Source: Escherichia phage vB_EcoS-22664B1. From it: 45,019 bases of DNA. The stretch is from the sequence record MZ234008.1. One strand, given 5' to 3'. Shown one piece after another: positions 16,775 through 26,932 of the stretch (position 1 is the first letter of the stretch; the number at the start of each line of letters is the position of its first letter). Made by a program: the position numbers and the translations under genes. The notes beneath the pieces are model-generated. The model ran no database searches. It saw only the letters and a list, made by a program, of their open reading frames with translations, and was not told the DNA's origin.

Positions 16775-19420
16775 ATGGCAGATCAAGCAGCAGGCATCAC
16801 GCTAAAGGCGGATGTTGCACAAATCAGAACGGCGAATACGGTGCTGGACTCATTCGCGCAGAAGTCCGAGAACACCGAAAACAAGGTTAAGAAATTAAAC
16901 GACACACTCGGCAACACGAAAAAGGTGACGGGTGACGCCGCGGGCGGAATGGGGAAGCTGGCAACTGAATCGCAGCGCGCCGCAGATGGCATGACGAAGC
17001 AGGAGCGACTTGCCAACCGCTTAGGCATGTCAACCAAAAACCTCGGCTTTGCCTCACGTAACGCCGCATTTCAGTTACAAGATATTGCGGTCACGCTAGA
17101 GATGGGTATGCCGGTGCACCGCGTCATGATTCAGCAGCTACCGCAGTTAACCGGGGCATTCGGAGGACTGGGTAATACGCTGCGTTATGTTGCTGGCTTT
17201 CTCGGTCCGGTAGGGATCGGCCTTGCTGCGGTAACGGCGACGTTAGGTGTAGGCGTGGCGATTACGTCCCGCGCAGAAAACCAGGTAGCGGCGCTGAATA
17301 AGACGCTGGCGCTATCCGGTAATATCTCTGGCCTCACCGCTAACCAGATCCTGGTGCTGTCGGAGAACGCCGAACGCATGGGCGGATCATTCAGCAAGAC
17401 GCGTGACACAATTCAGGCACTGGCGGCAGCAGGTGTGAAAGCTGGTGCTGACTTTGGCGCGCTGGCGAAAGTGGTGAACGACTTCGCGAAGGTGTCTAAT
17501 CAGCCGATCGCTGACGTGGTGGAGTCCATCTCCAAATTATCCAACGACCCGGTGGGCGGCTTGCGCGCACTGGCAGACAAGTATCACGTCGTTACCGAGG
17601 CGCAGATCCAGCAGGTGCGGTCACTGGTTACGACGGGTCGCGAAACCGAAGCGGTGGCGCTGGCTAACAAAACAGCCGCGGCGTCGTTCACCAGCATGAC
17701 CAACGAGATCAAGTCCAACATGGGTACGCTTGAGCGGTCAATGAACGTCGTCACATCGGCAGCTAAATCTATGTGGGATGCCATCCTGGATGTGGGCCGC
17801 GCGCAGTCCTCGAATGAGTCCGAGATGAAAGCGCGTGAGTCCTTGCAGCGCATGACAACGGCTTACTATGCCGAGATGAAAGCGGTAAACGCTGCCGGTG
17901 GGGTAATGACCGAGGCGCAGAAAGCACGAATTAACATGCTTTATAGCGAACTGGTCGCCCAGGAGAAGGTCGTAGCGTCACTCACCCTGCGCAACCGTGC
18001 TGAGCGCGACAACGCCAGCGCCGCGGACAAATCAGCGAAGGCGAACGAGGAGGCCAACCGCACCGCCCGCGACCGCGCCGCGTTCGAGAAGGAATTTGCC
18101 ACCAACGCGCAGAAGCGCGCCGACGAGATCGCCCGCCTCAATTTGCTGAATAAGCGCGGTGTGATTAACGAGAAAGAACTAGCCGAGGCGGTGAAGCAGG
18201 TCAACGAGCGCTACAAAGACCCCGCACCGAAGAAGGCGGCGGCTATTCGCGTGGATGCCGGTGTCAAAATGCTGGAGGTCGCACGGAGCGAACTGGCACA
18301 GCTTAAGGAGTCCGGCAAGCAGATCGAGGCCAATGCAACAACGCAGACCCGCACGCAGCGCGCACAGGCCGCGTTGAATAAGCTGGTGGCGGATAATGAG
18401 CAGATGGTCGCCGCAAGCAAGGAGCGCACTCTAACGGCAGCAGAAAAGCAGCAAATGGCGGAGTTCGAGGCGGTTAAAGCGGTACGCGAGCAGATCGTCG
18501 AAGAAGCCAAATTGCTGGACGCGAAAGAGAAGCAGATCAAGGCACACGCCCAGGTCGAGGCATTCATCAAGAACCAGAACGCTGAGCTAAGGGCCACCGC
18601 TGCGGGCTATGCGCTTTCCACTCGCGAAGCGGCTAACCTGCGCGAAGAATTACAGCTAATTGACCGCCTTCAGCGTGTCGGCGCTAACGATACTGATATT
18701 GACAACGCGGTGTCTAAGCTGCGCGAAGTGCAGGAAGCACAGACCGGTGCTAACGCCTCGTTGTGGGATGGCTTCAGCCGCGGGCTTAAGGATAGCGTGG
18801 ATGAAATGGGTAACGGCTACACGCAGATGACGTCACTCACAAAATTCACGTTCGGCGCTATGCAGGACACGATGAACAAGTTTTTCGAGACGGGCAAGCT
18901 GAGCGCGAAGGATATGGTTAAGTCCATCCTGAGCGAATTAATCAAGCTGGCTACCTCGCAGGCGTTCAAATCCATCGTTAGCGCTTTCGGCGGTGACGGC
19001 GGCAAAAACGGATTGTTCGGCGCTATCTTCTCGGGCCTCACTAAGAACGCAGACGGCGGAGCGTACGCAGGAGGCAATCTAGCGGCCTATTCCGGGCAAG
19101 TGGTAAGCCAGCCTACCTTTTTCAGTTATGGCGTTCAGGCGTTCGCTAAGGGCGCTGGATTGATGGGTGAGGCCGGACCCGAGGCCATCATGCCACTGAA
19201 GCGCGGGCCGGACGGGAAACTGGGCGTTGCCGCTGCCGGTGCTGGTGGGGGTGGGATGATTGTAACGACCAACGTGAACATGGGGACCGGTAAAACGGAC
19301 ACCAGTGTGAGCGGACCGGACCCACGCACCGCGCAGGCGTTCGGAAAGCAAATCACCGAGTCGGTCAAGGCCGAGATCGTGAAAGCGACGAAACCGGGTG
19401 GAGTACTTTACAAACGATGA
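16775..19420 (+). CDS. tail tape measure protein
   Basis: 881-aa ORF, Ala/Gln-rich coiled-coil-like sequence, C-terminal Gly-rich segment; directly after G/GT. Confidence 0.85.
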   Translation: MADQAAGITLKADVAQIRTANTVLDSFAQKSENTENKVKKLNDTLGNTKKVTGDAAGGMGKLATESQRAADGMTKQERLANRLGMSTKNLGFASRNAAFQLQDIAVTLEMGMPVHRVMIQQLPQLTGAFGGLGNTLRYVAGFLGPVGIGLAAVTATLGVGVAITSRAENQVAALNKTLALSGNISGLTANQILVLSENAERMGGSFSKTRDTIQALAAAGVKAGADFGALAKVVNDFAKVSNQPIADVVESISKLSNDPVGGLRALADKYHVVTEAQIQQVRSLVTTGRETEAVALANKTAAASFTSMTNEIKSNMGTLERSMNVVTSAAKSMWDAILDVGRAQSSNESEMKARESLQRMTTAYYAEMKAVNAAGGVMTEAQKARINMLYSELVAQEKVVASLTLRNRAERDNASAADKSAKANEEANRTARDRAAFEKEFATNAQKRADEIARLNLLNKRGVINEKELAEAVKQVNERYKDPAPKKAAAIRVDAGVKMLEVARSELAQLKESGKQIEANATTQTRTQRAQAALNKLVADNEQMVAASKERTLTAAEKQQMAEFEAVKAVREQIVEEAKLLDAKEKQIKAHAQVEAFIKNQNAELRATAAGYALSTREAANLREELQLIDRLQRVGANDTDIDNAVSKLREVQEAQTGANASLWDGFSRGLKDSVDEMGNGYTQMTSLTKFTFGAMQDTMNKFFETGKLSAKDMVKSILSELIKLATSQAFKSIVSAFGGDGGKNGLFGAIFSGLTKNADGGAYAGGNLAAYSGQVVSQPTFFSYGVQAFAKGAGLMGEAGPEAIMPLKRGPDGKLGVAAAGAGGGGMIVTTNVNMGTGKTDTSVSGPDPRTAQAFGKQITESVKAEIVKATKPGGVLYKR

Positions 19421-19427
19421 TAAAATG

Positions 19428-19456
19428 GCCCTCACATACAACGTGGGGGCTTTTTT
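19428..19456 (+). terminator. rho-independent terminator / attenuator
   Basis: gccctcac / gtgggggc stem followed by TTTTTT; T-run abuts the ATG of the next gene. Confidence 0.45.
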
Positions 19457-20056
19457 ATGGCGCAAGGTACAATCACACTAACGAACGGAAGTAAGACCGT
19501 CACGGGCGCGGGAACGGCGTTCCTGAGCGAGATCGGGAAGGTCCGCGTATTTGCCCGCATCGACGGCAACGACTACACCGGTAAAATCACAGCATTCAAC
19601 TCTGACACCGTCATCACCCTGGTGGATAACTGGGCCGGACCGACAAAAGCCGGTGCCGCCTACGAGCTAATCGAAGCGCACGACCCGCGATCAAACGAAT
19701 GGCCCTATTACTGGCACATGCAATTGCAGGGCGGCGGCGACGTGCAATTGGCTTTCCGGTCGGAGGAATTGCAATTCGGTAACGGCTACGGGCAGAACAT
19801 CGCGGACGGCCCGAACGCTGAGACGAAACAGTTCCCCGTGCAATTCATCGGACTGACTACGGACAAGTGGTGTGACCCTAAACTGGTGTACAACTTCCTT
19901 CGCGGGCACTTCGTCAAGCCGTTTGTCGTCACCGCGCCGGATGGCGAAACAGGTTTATTCGTGGTCGAGCGTTCGAGCTTGTCGTACACTGACAACGGAC
20001 ACTACACGGCAACTGTATCAGCCACCCTTAAGACTGCTATTGGATTCGTAAGATGA
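19457..20056 (+). CDS. minor tail protein (lambda M-like position)
   Basis: 199-aa ORF directly after tape measure; by synteny. Confidence 0.5.
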   Translation: MAQGTITLTNGSKTVTGAGTAFLSEIGKVRVFARIDGNDYTGKITAFNSDTVITLVDNWAGPTKAGAAYELIEAHDPRSNEWPYYWHMQLQGGGDVQLAFRSEELQFGNGYGQNIADGPNAETKQFPVQFIGLTTDKWCDPKLVYNFLRGHFVKPFVVTAPDGETGLFVVERSSLSYTDNGHYTATVSATLKTAIGFVR

Positions 20057-20841
20057 ATAAACTATATCGCGAGGCGACGCGCTTTGACCCATCGGGCCGC
20101 GTTCGCCTGATTCACATTGACGCGCAGGACGTGGAGCCGGGCGACGGCGCGATCGGCGCGGGCCACCACTATTTTCATTACTGCTTTATTCCGCATACTG
20201 CCGAAGATATTGCTGCCGCTGGTGGAGACGAGGACAAGCTGAAGCCAAAATCTATCTTCTTTGGCGGGCAGGAGTTCGAATTTTGGCCCTTCGATTTGTC
20301 CGGCCTCAACTTCTCCACATCAACGGCAGCAGAACCGCAGCTAACTATCGTCGATATTGGCGGGATTATCACCCGGCTATCCCTGAATCACGACCAGCTA
20401 CTGGGCGCGAAGGTTGAAATCATAGACACGTTTGCGAAGTTCCTGGACAACGGGCCTGATCCAGACCCAACGCAAAAACGTGTACAGGAGTTTTACATCG
20501 ACTCACAGGTCGGTCGCAATCCGGGCAAACAAATCACCTTCGCATTATCCTCGCCCGCGGATATGGAGGGGCAAGTAGTCCCGCGCCGCCAAATCATGAA
20601 TATGTGCGAATGGGCGCTCAATGGGAAGTATGCCAGCGGGGACGGGTGCACCTGGAACCTTGCACAGCCTGGCATCAAGTATTATGACGAGCGAGGCAAT
20701 GAAGTCATCGCGATGGATATGGACCGATGTGGCGGCTGTTTGTCCGACTGTTATCTTCGTTTCGGACAAGGGCTTGCAGATCCGAAAGCGGCGGTGCTGG
20801 ACTATGGCGGCTTTCCGGGGTCCAGATTAATTAAGGGGTAG
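20053..20841 (+). CDS. minor tail protein (lambda L-like position)
   Basis: 262 aa, Cys cluster near C-terminus (CGGCLSDC); by synteny. Confidence 0.55.
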   Translation: MNKLYREATRFDPSGRVRLIHIDAQDVEPGDGAIGAGHHYFHYCFIPHTAEDIAAAGGDEDKLKPKSIFFGGQEFEFWPFDLSGLNFSTSTAAEPQLTIVDIGGIITRLSLNHDQLLGAKVEIIDTFAKFLDNGPDPDPTQKRVQEFYIDSQVGRNPGKQITFALSSPADMEGQVVPRRQIMNMCEWALNGKYASGDGCTWNLAQPGIKYYDERGNEVIAMDMDRCGGCLSDCYLRFGQGLADPKAAVLDYGGFPGSRLIKG

Positions 20842-20843
20842 TC

Positions 20844-21584
20844 ATGTTAACGAAGAAGGTTAAGAGCGATATCGCCGCGCACGTTGCGGCATGTCTGCCA
20901 GAAGAAGCCTGCGGCCTGGTCGTCATGGTGGGCCGCAAACAAGTATTTATCCCGTGCCTGAACGTATTCGAAGACCCGACCGGCGCGCGATCGCGTAAGG
21001 ACGCGTTTACAATTAGTGATATGGCATGGATGGACGCCGAGGATATTGGCGACGTCGTGCGCGTAGTCCACTCACATCCAGGTCAGCGGGAGTTAACCCC
21101 ATCATTGGGCGACGTTAACGGATGCAACGGCAGCGGCATAGTGTGGACCATTACCAACGAGTACGGCGACTTTATCGAGATCGACCCTGAAGACCCACCA
21201 CTGGTAGGTCGCCGATTTGTTCTCGGAATTACGGATTGCTATGGCCTCGTCATGGACTGGCACAAAAAGCAGGGCGTGAATCTGCCTGACTTCCGCGTGC
21301 CGTACAACTGGTGGGAGATGGGCGAAAGCCTGTACATGGATAACTGGTATGATGCGGGATTCAGGGAGTGCGCGGAGAATACGCCGGGGGCAATGGTCAT
21401 CATGCAGATTAGCGCACCAGTGCCAAACCATGCTGGGATCTTCCTTCCGGGCAACCAACTACTACACCATATCTACGGCAGCCTGTCGAGCGTGGTCCCC
21501 TTCCGGGCAGGATTTTTCCGCGACAATGTGGTTAAATGGGTACGTCATAAAGACTTACCTAGGGAAATCACAGAATGGCAATGA
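20844..21584 (+). CDS. tail assembly protein, lambda K-like (JAB/MPN + NlpC/P60-type)
   Basis: JAMM-like motif VVHSHPGQRELTPSLGD (HxH...S..D); position between L-like and I-like genes. Confidence 0.65.
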   Translation: MLTKKVKSDIAAHVAACLPEEACGLVVMVGRKQVFIPCLNVFEDPTGARSRKDAFTISDMAWMDAEDIGDVVRVVHSHPGQRELTPSLGDVNGCNGSGIVWTITNEYGDFIEIDPEDPPLVGRRFVLGITDCYGLVMDWHKKQGVNLPDFRVPYNWWEMGESLYMDNWYDAGFRECAENTPGAMVIMQISAPVPNHAGIFLPGNQLLHHIYGSLSSVVPFRAGFFRDNVVKWVRHKDLPREITEWQ

Positions 21585-22192
21585 CCACATTTAAATTGTA
21601 CGGCGTCTTAGGACGTCGTTTTGGTAAAGTGCATAAGCTGGACTGCTTCACACCTGGCGAGGGTATCACCGGCCTATGCGTGAAGTTGCCAGGCTTACAG
21701 GACTTTCTAATGTCGGCCCACCTGGAAAACATGATGTTCAAGGTGCGCAAGGGTAATCACACAATGACCGGCTACGACGAGTTGGGTGAGTTCCACGGCG
21801 ACCGCGTAGTTACCATCGCGCCGGTTATGACTGGTGCTAAAAGCGGACTTGGACAATTGCTGGCTGGCGTAGCTATCGTGGTGGCGTCGTTCTACACTGG
21901 CGGGCTTGCCGCTTCCGCTTTCGGGGCTTCCGCTGCGACCGCCGCCGCTATCGGAACGGCGACGTTTTCGTTCGGTATGTCGCTTGCGCTGGGCGGCGCT
22001 ATGCAATTGTTGTCACCGCAACCGAAAGGATTGCAGACACGGCAGGACGTGGATAACAAGGCGTCGTATGCGTTTGGCGGGCCTGTAAACACGACCGCGC
22101 AAGGTACGGCACTTGGTGTATTATGGGGCGAGCGTGAGATCGGCGGCGCTATTATTTCAGCCGGAATTGTAACCGAGGATTTGAACGAATGA
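21575..22192 (+). CDS. tail assembly protein, lambda I-like
   Basis: 205 aa with Gly/Ala-rich hydrophobic C-terminal half; located just before the J-like gene. Confidence 0.6.
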   Translation: MAMTTFKLYGVLGRRFGKVHKLDCFTPGEGITGLCVKLPGLQDFLMSAHLENMMFKVRKGNHTMTGYDELGEFHGDRVVTIAPVMTGAKSGLGQLLAGVAIVVASFYTGGLAASAFGASAATAAAIGTATFSFGMSLALGGAMQLLSPQPKGLQTRQDVDNKASYAFGGPVNTTAQGTALGVLWGEREIGGAIISAGIVTEDLNE

Positions 22193-25100
22193 CGATTGTA
22201 TACGACGTCACGGGTCATAAAGGCGGCGGTGGCAAACAGCACACCCCACAGGAGACGCCTGATAGCCTGCATTCGCTGGCTAAAATCCGCATCTTGCTCG
22301 CACTGGGCGAGGGCGAATTTGAAGGCATTCCCGACCCTAACGAATTACGGCAGCGTGTATACCTGGACGGCACACCGATCCAGAACGCCGACCTGTCGGA
22401 TAACTTCCCCGGCGCGCGTGTGGAGTTCCGCCCCGGCACGCAGCACCAGGATGTGATTCACGGTTTTTCAGCGGTGGAAAGCGAGCAAACAGTAGGCGTA
22501 AAACTGGAGAACGGCGCGCCGTGGGTGCGCCAGATTTCGGACACCAGTTTGGACGCCGTGCGCATTCGAATCGGTATTCCGGCCCTGTACACCAACGAAG
22601 ATAACGGCGACCTGGTGGGCGGGCGCATCGACTATAAAATCGTTGTGTATACAGATAACGCCGATCCGCGCGAGTTCACATTCGCTGCCGTTGGTAAAAC
22701 AATGTCGCTGTACGAGCGAGATCACCGCATCGAATTACCGTCTAACGTTAACACCGGCTGGCGCGTGGAGGTGATCCGCACAACGGCAGACTCCACATCG
22801 GCGAAAGTGGTCAACGATATCCAGGTACAATCCATTACTGAGATTATCGACGCCCGCCTGCGATACCCGCTAACCGCGCTGTTGTTCGTGGAGTTCGATG
22901 CTAAGGCGTTCCAGAACATCCCGCGTGTGTCCATCAAGTGCAAAGGCCGCAAAGTGCTGGTCCCGAACAACTATGACCCCGTGAATCATACCTATTCTGG
23001 TAACTGGGACGGCACATTTAAACGCGCCTGGACGGATAACCCTGCGTGGCACTGGTACGATATTTGTATTACTGAGCGCTTCGGCCTCGGTCGTCGTGTC
23101 AAACCACAAATGCTAAACCGTTACGCGCTCTACCAGATTGCGCAGCGCTGCGACCAGATGGTCAGTGACGGCAACGGCGGTCAGGAAATCCGATTTAAGA
23201 ATGATATGTACATTCAATCGCAGACCGACGCCTGGACCGTGCTGAAGGATTTAGCGGCTATCTTTGCTGGGATGACCTGGTGGGGCAACCAGATGCTGAA
23301 TATTGTCAGTGACCAGCCGGTCGCAGCGGTATCGCATACTATCACCAACGCCTCGGTTATTGATGGTCGATTCGACTACGCATCGGGAAGCCAGAAAACT
23401 CGGTATTCCACGTTCTCGGTAGCCTACGGCAACCCGAAAAACCATTACGAGGACGCCATCGCAACGGGCCAGCGTGTCGAACTGGTGCGCCGCCATAAGA
23501 TTAACCGCCTTGATATTACGGCGATCGGCTGTACGCGTGAATCTGAAGCGCAACGCCGCGGACACTGGGCGCTAATCTCCAACCAGCTTGATCAGCAAGT
23601 TAGCTTTAAGGTTGGCATGGAGGGGTTATTCTTTATTCCGGGGAGCGTAGTCGCGATCGCAGATACTAACATTTCTGGCGGCTTCGAGACACGCGGCGGA
23701 CGTCTGTTGTCAGATCCGGGCACGCGCACCGTGCTGAACACGGACAGCGAAATCACGTTCCGCCCTGGCGATAAATTCCTGGTGCGCACCGATAGCGGTA
23801 ATGTGGAGACTCGCGAGATTGCCAGCGTCAACGGCAACCAGGTCACGCTAAAAACCGCACTGGACGCCGACCCAATTCCTGATCAGCCGTTTTGCGTTGA
23901 TGGCGATGATATCCAGTTGCAGAAGTTCCGCATCACCGACCTGGAATATGACGACGCTACCAGCACTTTCTCGGTGCGCGGGATTGAGTACAATGACAGC
24001 AAATATGATGCCGTTGATAATGGCGCGCGTCTTGATCCGGGTATCTTCACGCAAGTGCCGGACGGTGTAATGAAGGGGCCAGAATCCGTTACCATCACCC
24101 CGTCGCAGATCTCATCACAAGGCCAGCTAATCACCAACGTGGATATTGTTTTTCCGCCGGTGAAGGATGCCGTTGTGTACGAAATCCAGTGGCGACGTAC
24201 CAGCTTGCAGAATCTGGAAATCCAGTGGGGCAACGACTGGGTTAACATCCCCCGCACGGCGTCGAATGGTGCGCATATCCCGAACGTGTTTTCTGGTAAC
24301 TACCAGGCACGCGTCCGCGCTATCGGTATGGGCGAGATTTCATCCCCGTGGGTGTCATCCGCCATCACGCCGGTGGAGGGTCGTCTTGGTGGGCTTAACG
24401 CGCCTATCATCACCAACGCGATTTCGGGCCTTCACCAAATTTTGTGGAAGTGGAATCACAACAACGCCGCAACGGATATTTCGTATACCGAGCTTGAAGT
24501 ACGCAAGCTGGGCGAAACGGAATGGAAATTCCTAACCAACGTCCCATATCCGGGGTCGGACTATGCGCAAACGTCGCTGGAGTTCGGGATCTACCAGCAG
24601 TTGCGCGCACGCGTAGCGGATAAAATCGGCAACCTGTCAGACTGGTCCGATCCGTTCGACGGGCAGGTGAGTGACAAAGTTGACGAGTACATGCAGGGGC
24701 TTGATGACGAGTTCTTGACTTCCGAGGACGGTAAACACTTCCAGGAAGCAATCGACACCATTCCGCAAGGCATCTATGAGTCAATGCTTACGGACGCCCA
24801 GCAGTTATTCAACGCCCGCGCCGAGTATAAAGGGATTTATGCAGAAATTACGGTGGCGTATAACGTGGCGGCGGACGCTCACGAAGCCGTAGCGCAACTG
24901 GAAACGTTAATCGGCACGCGCCTTGACGACGCCGAAGCGTCAATCCACACGTTGCAGACCGCGCAAAGCACGCATGAGCAAGCATTCGCCCAGTACCAAC
25001 AAACTGTTGCCGCTAAGTTCGGGGAGCAGGAAGCTGCCATCCAGCAGGTACAAACGGCAACGGCAGACGTAGCGGGCGCGCTGGCGGAGTATAAGACCCA

Positions 25101-25635
25101 GGTCGCGGCACAGTTCGGTCAGCAGTCCGCAGCTATCGAGCAGAAGATGACGTCCTCGTTTAACCATGCTGGCGGTAGCGCCACATACAGCCTTAAGGCT
25201 GGCGTGACGTATAACGGGACTTACTATGATGCCGGTATGCAGCTTTCCGTCGTGGCGGAAGGTGGCGCGGTTAAATCACGCATCGCGTTCAAGGCGGACC
25301 AGTTCTACATCATGCACCCATCTAACGGGTCGCTCTCGTCCGCGTTTATCGTTGACGGCGGGCAGGTGTATATTGACACGGCACGCATCAAGAACGCGTC
25401 TATTAACTTCGCGCAGATCACGGACACGCTGCAATCCAATAACTGGAATCCAGGTAACAGCGGCTGGCGTATCGCGAAGGATGGCGGGGCGGAGTTCAAC
25501 AACGTTACGGTACGCGGCAACTTGTTCGCAACTACGGGTAACTTTGGATTCTCCGGCGGGTCAGTGACTATCGACGCAACGGGCGTCAACGTGCCATTAC
25601 CTGGAGGGGGCAGGGTGAAAGTCGGGACGTGGTAA
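22189..25635 (+). CDS. tail tip / host specificity protein (lambda J-like central fibre)
   Basis: 1148-aa ORF after K/I-like genes; size and position typical of J-like proteins. Confidence 0.8.
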   Translation: MTIVYDVTGHKGGGGKQHTPQETPDSLHSLAKIRILLALGEGEFEGIPDPNELRQRVYLDGTPIQNADLSDNFPGARVEFRPGTQHQDVIHGFSAVESEQTVGVKLENGAPWVRQISDTSLDAVRIRIGIPALYTNEDNGDLVGGRIDYKIVVYTDNADPREFTFAAVGKTMSLYERDHRIELPSNVNTGWRVEVIRTTADSTSAKVVNDIQVQSITEIIDARLRYPLTALLFVEFDAKAFQNIPRVSIKCKGRKVLVPNNYDPVNHTYSGNWDGTFKRAWTDNPAWHWYDICITERFGLGRRVKPQMLNRYALYQIAQRCDQMVSDGNGGQEIRFKNDMYIQSQTDAWTVLKDLAAIFAGMTWWGNQMLNIVSDQPVAAVSHTITNASVIDGRFDYASGSQKTRYSTFSVAYGNPKNHYEDAIATGQRVELVRRHKINRLDITAIGCTRESEAQRRGHWALISNQLDQQVSFKVGMEGLFFIPGSVVAIADTNISGGFETRGGRLLSDPGTRTVLNTDSEITFRPGDKFLVRTDSGNVETREIASVNGNQVTLKTALDADPIPDQPFCVDGDDIQLQKFRITDLEYDDATSTFSVRGIEYNDSKYDAVDNGARLDPGIFTQVPDGVMKGPESVTITPSQISSQGQLITNVDIVFPPVKDAVVYEIQWRRTSLQNLEIQWGNDWVNIPRTASNGAHIPNVFSGNYQARVRAIGMGEISSPWVSSAITPVEGRLGGLNAPIITNAISGLHQILWKWNHNNAATDISYTELEVRKLGETEWKFLTNVPYPGSDYAQTSLEFGIYQQLRARVADKIGNLSDWSDPFDGQVSDKVDEYMQGLDDEFLTSEDGKHFQEAIDTIPQGIYESMLTDAQQLFNARAEYKGIYAEITVAYNVAADAHEAVAQLETLIGTRLDDAEASIHTLQTAQSTHEQAFAQYQQTVAAKFGEQEAAIQQVQTATADVAGALAEYKTQVAAQFGQQSAAIEQKMTSSFNHAGGSATYSLKAGVTYNGTYYDAGMQLSVVAEGGAVKSRIAFKADQFYIMHPSNGSLSSAFIVDGGQVYIDTARIKNASINFAQITDTLQSNNWNPGNSGWRIAKDGGAEFNNVTVRGNLFATTGNFGFSGGSVTIDATGVNVPLPGGGRVKVGTW

Positions 25636-25640
25636 ATGAG

Positions 25641-25665
25641 AAGGGGCCATCCGGCCCCTTTTTTA
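25641..25665. terminator. rho-independent terminator (aggggcc atcc ggcccct + T-run), between convergent genes
   Basis: Stem-loop with T6 on + strand; the - strand gene 25663..26637 ends right beside it. Confidence 0.65.
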
Positions 25666-26637
25666 ATAGATATTAGGAATGACGAGTAACGGGGTGGGTA
25701 CGGCAATATTTTTGCCCGGCATTTGGAATTGCTGCCGTGAGTAGTTGCCAATGACGCGGTTTTTGGCGATGCGCACATTATTACCCGCCATTCGTATCCC
25801 GTTCATGCGCACATGGTTATAGCCGCTGTTGTTCTCAATGAGCGCACCGGTATATGAAAGCTGGATCAGACTATTACCGATGTGCTGGTCGCCGCCACCG
25901 ATATTAATCGTGCGGTCGTAGACAAACGGCTTGTTTACCGTCGAGAACGTGACCTGCCCCTGGTTGTTAGTCATGGTGATACCGGTCCCCGGTGAGGGCG
26001 GCGTATTGTTGAATATCACCAGGTCCATATCAACGGCAGCGCCTACGTCGTCAATCCCGCCATAGGACGCATTACGGACAATGATACTTCCGCCATCGAA
26101 GCCAACCGATACGTTGCCGTCGTCCCAGCGCGCGAACGGGACACCGCCGACGGGAAGCGGCATACTTCCGTTTACATGCACGCGCTGCGCATATCGGCAG
26201 GTCATTAGCCGTGCGACGTTGGATATTGCGGTGAAGTCCGTTGAGTTAGCTACCAGTAAGCCCGCATTGCGTGACCCCACCGGCAGCACTTCCATAATCA
26301 CCCCGCCCCATGTTGGAAGCCCGCTGTATGCGTTATAGGCATCCTCACCGCGCAAGGTGATTCCGCCATCCCCGTTACGTTGTATCGACGTCACATAAAA
26401 CGGGTCTGGCAAGACCAGGGTCTGGTCGAATACTTCCATCACTTCTACCGGATTAGTTAGGGCAACGACCAGTTCGGACCCCGGTGTCAGCGGTGTGTTA
26501 ATGGTCAGCGTCTTGTCAGACTGACAGCGCTGATTAAAGGTAGTGCAGAACGACGGAGCGCGAAGGCCCGCGGTTATCTCCATGACAGGTCTACCGTCGT
26601 TGTAGTCGATAAGTATTCCAGCACCCATTATTACCAC
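25663..26637 (-). CDS. hypothetical protein (324 aa), possible tail/receptor-binding-associated protein
   Basis: Intact - strand ORF between J-like gene and tail fibre; Gly/Asn/Thr-rich, beta-rich composition; function unknown. Confidence 0.5.
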   Translation of the reverse strand: MVIMGAGILIDYNDGRPVMEITAGLRAPSFCTTFNQRCQSDKTLTINTPLTPGSELVVALTNPVEVMEVFDQTLVLPDPFYVTSIQRNGDGGITLRGEDAYNAYSGLPTWGGVIMEVLPVGSRNAGLLVANSTDFTAISNVARLMTCRYAQRVHVNGSMPLPVGGVPFARWDDGNVSVGFDGGSIIVRNASYGGIDDVGAAVDMDLVIFNNTPPSPGTGITMTNNQGQVTFSTVNKPFVYDRTINIGGGDQHIGNSLIQLSYTGALIENNSGYNHVRMNGIRMAGNNVRIAKNRVIGNYSRQQFQMPGKNIAVPTPLLVIPNIY

Positions 26638-26852
26638 TCCCGTGATTTAACTGATACAGTACCTGAGAAATTGCCGTCGCTATCGGCAGATAGGCCAGTG
26701 AAGCGCATGTCCACGTCTCCGGCAGGGACTTTTTGCCCGTCAACATAACGCAACATGCAGCTTCCGTAAGCCACCGTAATGCAATCACCGTTGTTGCGTT
26801 CTACGGCACAACCGGACAAAAGAACAGCACAAATCATAATTAAAGTTTTCAT
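26631..26852 (-). CDS. small lipoprotein (73 aa; possible superinfection-exclusion lipoprotein)
   Basis: Start MKTLIMICAVLLSGC with lipobox LSGC and AGGAG RBS-like sequence; first gene of the two-gene - strand cassette. Confidence 0.6.
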   Translation of the reverse strand: MKTLIMICAVLLSGCAVERNNGDCITVAYGSCMLRYVDGQKVPAGDVDMRFTGLSADSDGNFSGTVSVKSREW

Positions 26853-26932
26853 GTTATCATCTCCTATATTTGGTTGAGTTTTAGTATTACACCGCTCGAT
26901 CAAGAATGCAACCAATTTATGAGGATTCAGCT

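Noticed and set aside
16783-19465. Multiple - strand ORFs inside the tape measure gene (e.g. 17941..18204, 18211..18597, 19079..19465)
   Set aside because: Antisense ORFs in a GC-rich, Ala-rich coding region; the + strand ORF is a single uninterrupted 881-aa tape measure gene.
26906-26932. Upstream ATG at 26906 as tail fibre start (MQPIYEDSA...)
   Set aside because: That ATG lies inside the recurrent TGCAACCAA motif and lacks an RBS; ATG 26933 is preceded by GAGGA at proper spacing.
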